Source: Candidatus Heimdallarchaeota archaeon
Lineage (GTDB): Archaea; Asgardarchaeota; Heimdallarchaeia; Heimdallarchaeales; Heimdallarchaeaceae
DNA length: 54,527 bases
NCBI GenBank assembly: GCA_019057815.1
Contig: JAHLWR010000023.1
Span: 1-54,527, forward strand
Direction of reading: 5' to 3'
Of this stretch, positions 49,298 through 54,527 are shown in pieces. A program made the translations under genes and the position numbers. Numbering within the stretch: the stretch's first letter is position 1; every line of letters starts with the position of its first letter. The notes beneath the pieces were generated by a model, which saw only the letters and a list, made by a program, of their open reading frames with translations, was not told where the DNA came from and did not search any database.

Positions 49298-50643
49298 ATA
49301 GCAGAAATCCCCTAACTTTAGGTGGGGGAGGAATGCGATAGAAAAATCACTTTAGCATATACTCGTATTTTTATAGTGAAAAAAGTACTAAGGAAATAAG
49401 GAAATGGACTGATGCTAACCTACAAAGTGCAACTGTACCCGAATAAACAGCAACAAACAACACTTGTTGAACAGTTGGACATTTGTAGAAAACTCTATAA
49501 TAGGTTACTAGAAGAGTGTAAGAAAGCGCGAGAGAAGGGAGAAAAACTCACACAAATCAAAACTCAATCGTTTATAGTTTGGCTAAAAAATACTTCTATG
49601 CCCGAACTGAAAGGAGTACATTCTAAAGTTTTACAGATGGTCAATTACACTTTGTGGACAAATATCAAGAGTCTAGCACAATTAAAAAAGAATGGGCATA
49701 AAATCGGTCACTTACGTTTTAAAGGAAAAGGATGGTATAAGACTATCAACTATAACCAGAGCGGGTTCAAGATAGACGAAAACAAAAACAAACTAACATT
49801 TTCTAAGATAGGAACTATCAATTGTAGAGGATTTAACAATCGTATACGTACAAACAAAGTCAAGGGCATAATACTCAAACGCACTCAAACAGGTAGATGG
49901 TTCGCTAATATACAAATAGAGAACACTCCAATAGCTCTTCCTAAAACCAACAAAAGCGTAGGGATAGATGTAGGGATAAAAGCCTACGTAGTGGATTCTG
50001 ATGGACGAGAGATAGAGAATCCTAAAAACATAGAAAGACAATTAAAGAAACTTAAAAATAAGCACAAATCTCTTAGTCGTAAAAAGCAAGGTTCAAAGAA
50101 TTGGTTAAAAGCCAAATATCAGTTGGCTAAACTCTACACTAAAGCTGTTGACCAGCGTAAAGACTTCTTACATAAAGTCTCAAACTTTTATGTAGATAAT
50201 TATGATATTATCTGTGTGGAAAACTTGAATATTAAAGGACTCACACAGAAAGGTAATAAGAAACACAAGCGGTCACGCACACTCCATCGTAACATTCTCG
50301 ACGCTTCATGGGGAATATTCTTCAACTATTTATCTTATAAAGCTGTAAACGCTGATAAAGAACTAGTTAAAGTTCCACCAAGAGGTACTACTCAAGAATG
50401 TTCCAGATGTGGAGAGATAGTTCCTAAGACATTAAATGATAGGACACACTCTTGTCCTTATTGCGACTTAGAGATAGACCGCGACTATAACGCTTCAATA
50501 AACATTTTGAAGAGGGGTAAGGGATATGCCTCTTTACTTGTGGAGAACAGACCTCTAATCACTATCACTGCTTCTGCTTTCGTTAGTGGTCAAGTCTTTT
50601 CAATGAATCAAGAAACGCCTACCTTTAGGAAGGAGTAGTTCAT
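49298..50643 (+). mobile_element. IS200/IS605-family tnpB-only (IS1341-like) element
   Basis: Left-end hairpin CCCCTAACTTTAGGTGGGG; right-end hairpin CCTACCTTTAGGAAGG then AGTAGTTCA; no Y1 tnpA in window. Confidence 0.85.
49412..50638 (+). CDS. tnpB: RNA-guided endonuclease TnpB
   Basis: YKVQLYP HTH; RuvC GIDVG, VENL, DRDYNAS; CSRC..CPYC Zn ribbon; catalytic D-E-D intact. Confidence 0.96.
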   Translation: MLTYKVQLYPNKQQQTTLVEQLDICRKLYNRLLEECKKAREKGEKLTQIKTQSFIVWLKNTSMPELKGVHSKVLQMVNYTLWTNIKSLAQLKKNGHKIGHLRFKGKGWYKTINYNQSGFKIDENKNKLTFSKIGTINCRGFNNRIRTNKVKGIILKRTQTGRWFANIQIENTPIALPKTNKSVGIDVGIKAYVVDSDGREIENPKNIERQLKKLKNKHKSLSRKKQGSKNWLKAKYQLAKLYTKAVDQRKDFLHKVSNFYVDNYDIICVENLNIKGLTQKGNKKHKRSRTLHRNILDASWGIFFNYLSYKAVNADKELVKVPPRGTTQECSRCGEIVPKTLNDRTHSCPYCDLEIDRDYNASINILKRGKGYASLLVENRPLITITASAFVSGQVFSMNQETPTFRKE

Positions 50644-50663
50644 ACTGTACCATTTGAGATGTC
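50490..50663 (+). ncRNA. Probable TnpB omegaRNA (scaffold overlapping tnpB 3' end; guide read from the flank)
   Basis: Inferred from established IS200/IS605 organisation; boundaries approximate. Confidence 0.45.
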
Positions 50664-51644
50664 GGAGTAATCTCCAACTTTGAGTGAATGGGCTCTTAAT
50701 CCCTTGACTCGACTGTTAGTTCCTATGACAGAATCAGAGATAAAACAACGGTCAAGTTTAGATTTTTCTAATACAACAGAATTTTTAATTTCACAATTAT
50801 GAATATTCACACCTTCTTCAATCATAGCGTAAGGACCAATAGTAGAAGAATCGATAGTACAATTTTTAGAGATATATACAGGAGGAATAATAGTTGAATT
50901 GATCAGTTCTCCTTCAACAGTGTGAGTATGATCATTCAAATAAAGTTTATTCACTGCTAGAAGGTCTTCAGGGTAACCAATATCCAAACGCCAACCATCT
51001 ATCTTAGCAGCTGTTACTCTGTAATTATTATCTATCAATGCTTGTAAAGCGTCAGAAAGCTCGTATTCCCCCCTAGCAGAAGGTTTTAAACCTGAAATCA
51101 CGTTAAAAATAACTGGAGATAAAACATAAAAGCCTGTAATAACATTGTTACTTTTAGGGTTAGTAGGCTTTTCTACAACAGATAAAACTGTATCTCCGTC
51201 AATCTCAACTACACCATATCTATGTGGGTTAGGGTTATCCTCTATATGTAAAGTTGCCGAAGAATTGGAAGAGAAATGATGATCTATAACTTTTTTCAAA
51301 TCAGCACCAAAAAGATTATCTCCCAGTTGTAGAACAAAATCTTCTACCATCTTTCCTTCAACTAAACTAATAGCGGCAGCAATACCTCTAGCATGGTTCT
51401 CATGCTGAATAGTATATGAAATGTCCATGCCAAATTCTTGACCATTATGAAAATAGTCCATGATAGCTTTACGTTGGTAACCGACAACAATAGTAACATC
51501 AGTAATATCTAAAACATCTCTCATATACTCAAGAGAATGAAGCAAAATAGGCTTACCAGCTACAGGTAAGAGATGCTTAGGTCGAAAACTAGTAAAAGGT
51601 AAAAGACGACTACCAAACCCCGCTGCAAGAATAACCCCCTTCAT
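50640..51644 (-). CDS. Sugar-1-phosphate nucleotidyltransferase (glucose-1-phosphate thymidylyltransferase-like, with C-terminal LbH)
   Basis: 'GVILAAGFGSRLLP..PKHLLPVAGKP', 'VEKP', 'PSARGEYELSDA'. Confidence 0.92.
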   Translation of the reverse strand: MKGVILAAGFGSRLLPFTSFRPKHLLPVAGKPILLHSLEYMRDVLDITDVTIVVGYQRKAIMDYFHNGQEFGMDISYTIQHENHARGIAAAISLVEGKMVEDFVLQLGDNLFGADLKKVIDHHFSSNSSATLHIEDNPNPHRYGVVEIDGDTVLSVVEKPTNPKSNNVITGFYVLSPVIFNVISGLKPSARGEYELSDALQALIDNNYRVTAAKIDGWRLDIGYPEDLLAVNKLYLNDHTHTVEGELINSTIIPPVYISKNCTIDSSTIGPYAMIEEGVNIHNCEIKNSVVLEKSKLDRCFISDSVIGTNSRVKGLRAHSLKVGDYSDISNGTV

Positions 51645-51847
51645 AATCTCACTTCTTCTTATCGTTATTTTGAAATTCTATATTAATTATAAATCTACTT
51701 ACACATGTTAAATGGTTTTAAAAGGATTGTGCTCCAACTTTTTCGAGTTCATGTTAGAATGATTGAAAATTCGTATATAATAAAGAGTTCTTTAAAAGTC
51801 CAAACAAAAGGATCAAAAACAAACTATCTAACTTCAGACTGATTGCA

Positions 51848-52140
51848 ATGAGTCAAAAGCAAGTGAACACGTAGAATTGGGAGAAAATGTAACAATTGGT
51901 GAATATTAATTGCTTGGAGTTGTTCCAAAAGTTGACAAATACTTCCCTTAAATGTTGGAAACAATAGAACAAGAAGATCACATGAAGTAACATATACAAA
52001 TGCAACTATTGGAAATAATGTGAGTATTGGGTCTCATAGTGTGCTTGAATGAGATGTAATATAAGAAAGATAATGTGAGAATTCATTCAAATGTTTTATA
52101 CCCGAAAATACACAAATTGAAGAAAAGCTTGGGTAGGTAT
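51848..52140 (+). pseudogene. Decayed hexapeptide-repeat sugar N-acetyltransferase
   Basis: Broken frames read VELGENVTIGEY / ATIGNNVSIGSHSVLE / DNVRIHSNV / IPENTQIEEK with several stops and frameshifts. Confidence 0.7.
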
Positions 52141-52302
52141 AGGATATTAGGGAAGAAATCATCTTAGATCTCTTCTGAAACTAAGAGAAAAAGACAATAC
52201 AGTGAAATGCTTTTTTTCAAAAAAAAGATAGAAAAAGGAGAAACATTACTCTCTCAATGATGTTACATAAAGTTTAAGTATTTGAACTAGTATATATTAC
52301 TA

Positions 52303-54527
52303 ATGAACTCAAATAGAAAAATGTTTATTCTATTAATAGTGTTTTTAGCAACACCTACAATATATGTTTTAACAGAAGGAAAAGTGACAACAGTCTCTTA
52401 TTCTTCCGAAATTAATTCTTTACCGATAATTATTAAGAGCGATACTGATTTTCTGGGATATGGTTTCGACGGCATAGGAACAATTTTTGATCCTTTCATT
52501 ATAGAGGGGTATAATTTTACTACAGACAATGACACAGGTATACTTATCGAAAATACATCTAAATATGTAATAATCAGAAATAACAACATATCTGCAAAAG
52601 AAATAGGAATAAAAATAGAGAATGTAGTTTTTGGTACAGTTGAAATATCAGATAATTCTTTTTATGCCAATTCTAAAGGAATTGACATGGTTTCATCTTC
52701 TGGTAATCTGGTTTTGGGAAATAACATCACAACTGATTATGTAGGGATAAGACTGGCTTCTTCATCAGAAACTAATCTTATAAACAATCGTATGTATAAA
52801 TGTGGGTTGGCAACGGGTTTAACAACTATTGCAGAATATCAATCACTAAACATTCTTAATAATACTGTGAATGATAAACAATTACTATTCTTAAATAGTA
52901 TAAATCATGTTACAATTAATGCTTCAGAATATGGTCAAATATTGGGTGTATATTGCGAGTATTTGACTATAAAAAACCAAATCATATCTGATTCAAATAA
53001 TGGAATTAAATTAGTACATTGTTATCATGCCAATATAATAAATAATACATTCAAAAATAACATAAATGGTATAATATTAGCTTCACCTTACTATTCTACA
53101 ATTGCAAATAATACGTGTATTGAGAATTCAAATGTAGGTATATATACTGTATGGGCTTCCGGTTTTTCTTTAGAATATAATCGCTGTTTAAATAACAAGA
53201 TTGGAATCCAAGTTAGTAATTCTCCTAGTGTCCATGTATATAACAATTTGTGCTCAAATAACTCTGTTGGAATCGAATTACATAATTCCAGACAAGTGAT
53301 CATGCAAGACAATCTTTTGAAAGATAATTCACAATATGGGATAAAAATAGATTCTTCATCGGATAACTGTGACATCTTTAATAATATTTTCAATAATTCG
53401 AATGAATCTATAATCTCACAAGCATTTGATGACGGTGTTAATAATTATTGGTATGATACTGTAGCTTTGGAAGGTAACTATTGGTCGGATTGGTCAGGAA
53501 CAGGATCTTATGCCATTGATGGTGCTGCTAACAGTGTTGATCCCTATCCAATGTTTGTAGATTTGGAAGATAAAATTCCACCGGTTATTAATTACATAGA
53601 GTATCTAGACAATCCAATGGAAGGAGAATTAATTACAATTAACGGTTCAGTAACAGATAATACAGTAGTGAAAAGTGTAATTATTTATTACAGAGTAGAT
53701 GAAGGACAATGGATGACTATTGAAGCAGATGTTAACGGAGATTGGTTTGAAGCGTTTATTGGACCCTTTGAAGCAGGAGAAACTGTTCAGTTTTACATAT
53801 GGGCTAGCGATACTTCAGGAAATAATGTGAGTTCAGATATCTACACTATAATAATACAATCTATAGGTGATAATATTGCACCAACAATAAGTGTTCCTGC
53901 TATTGGAGCTGTAGAGGGGCAAGATGTAATAATAGAGGTTACTGTTTTTGATACATCAGGAGTTGACACTGTACTATTCAACTATCAAGTTAATAGTGGA
54001 ACATGGATTCAGATTACAACAACATCGACAGTAAATGACACATATAGTGTTAACCTTGGATCATTTTTAGAGGGAGACTACATCAACTTCTATGTCTGGG
54101 CAAATGACAGTTATGGAAATGAAGGATTCTCTGAAATTATAAGTTTCACAATTCTGGAGAACACCACAATCGAGAATCAACCCCCAACAGTTCCTGTGAT
54201 ATTCGATCTTGGAACTATTAATTTAACAAGTTTCAATCTTGAGTGGTATCCAAGCAACGATACTGATGGAGAAGTAAAAAATTATGAGATTGAACTATCA
54301 TACGAAGATCCACTATTCCAAAATCCAGTTGAATATACAGAAACAGAAACTTCCCTATATATCTCATCTTTGCAACAGGGAACATATTATATAAGAATTC
54401 GAGCAGTAGACTACCAAGAGCTTGCTTCAGAATGGTCGGAAACAGCTATATTAACGGTTGATTTTGATGAAACGACTGAAACGACTGAAACGACTGAAAC
54501 GACTGAAACGACTGAAACGACTGAAAC
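52303..54527 (+). CDS. Beta-helix + Ig-like + FN3 surface protein, 3' partial (absent from ORF track)
   Basis: ATG 52303 MNSNRKMFILL...; GIGTIFDPFIIEG, GNYWSDW; frame consistent to window end; C-terminal part nearly identical to 43381..46236. Confidence 0.88.
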   Translation, partial: MNSNRKMFILLIVFLATPTIYVLTEGKVTTVSYSSEINSLPIIIKSDTDFLGYGFDGIGTIFDPFIIEGYNFTTDNDTGILIENTSKYVIIRNNNISAKEIGIKIENVVFGTVEISDNSFYANSKGIDMVSSSGNLVLGNNITTDYVGIRLASSSETNLINNRMYKCGLATGLTTIAEYQSLNILNNTVNDKQLLFLNSINHVTINASEYGQILGVYCEYLTIKNQIISDSNNGIKLVHCYHANIINNTFKNNINGIILASPYYSTIANNTCIENSNVGIYTVWASGFSLEYNRCLNNKIGIQVSNSPSVHVYNNLCSNNSVGIELHNSRQVIMQDNLLKDNSQYGIKIDSSSDNCDIFNNIFNNSNESIISQAFDDGVNNYWYDTVALEGNYWSDWSGTGSYAIDGAANSVDPYPMFVDLEDKIPPVINYIEYLDNPMEGELITINGSVTDNTVVKSVIIYYRVDEGQWMTIEADVNGDWFEAFIGPFEAGETVQFYIWASDTSGNNVSSDIYTIIIQSIGDNIAPTISVPAIGAVEGQDVIIEVTVFDTSGVDTVLFNYQVNSGTWIQITTTSTVNDTYSVNLGSFLEGDYINFYVWANDSYGNEGFSEIISFTILENTTIENQPPTVPVIFDLGTINLTSFNLEWYPSNDTDGEVKNYEIELSYEDPLFQNPVEYTETETSLYISSLQQGTYYIRIRAVDYQELASEWSETAILTVDFDETTETTETTETTETTETTE
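54469..54527 (+). repeat. 9-bp tandem repeat GAAACGACT x6.5+ (ETT linker)
   Basis: Perfect copies to window end. Confidence 0.95.

Noticed and set aside
43560-54475. DGR template/variable repeat pair
   Set aside because: Mismatches are not adenine-specific (e.g. GAC/GAG, ACA/ATA), both copies are coding, and no reverse transcriptase is in the window
1-54527. CAST, casposon or provirus interpretation of the island
   Set aside because: No Tn7 genes, polB, terminal inverted repeats, integrase or virion genes; cas1 is in a normal cas1-2-4 operon

Overview
AT-rich archaeal genomic island: GGTGA-type Shine-Dalgarno sites and BRE/TATA promoters are visible. The gene content and style suggest an Asgard (Heimdallarchaeia-like) host, which is an inference. 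The core is a type I-B CRISPR-Cas locus: cas8b/cas11-cas7-cas5-cas3 on the minus strand and cas6-DUF2797-cas1-cas2-cas4 on the plus strand. It has three long arrays (20, 32 and 32+1 repeats) built from three variants of one 37-bp repeat. The locus sits inside a large expansion of membrane-anchored right-handed beta-helix (NosD/CASH-like) surface-protein genes: 9 apparently intact (one cut by the window end), one pseudogene and one fragment. Also present are toxin-antitoxin genes, an IS607 tnpA, an IS200/IS605 tnpB element with a miniature derivative, and a sugar-phosphate nucleotidyltransferase. Most unusual observations: (1) a leaderless degenerate mini-array and three solitary CRISPR repeats, all co-oriented and interleaved with the surface-protein genes; (2) an unannotated 17-codon Pro/Trp-rich micro-ORF with a perfect SD between array 1 and cas3, a CreT-like candidate; (3) an orphan type I-D-like Cas5 (Csc1) that shares a 25-bp palindromic operator with both cas operons; (4) spacer strand bias that differs between arrays and flips halfway through array 3; (5) a DUF2797/GIY-YIG-like gene coupled to cas1. 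All family calls are by-eye motif recognition; no database search was run.
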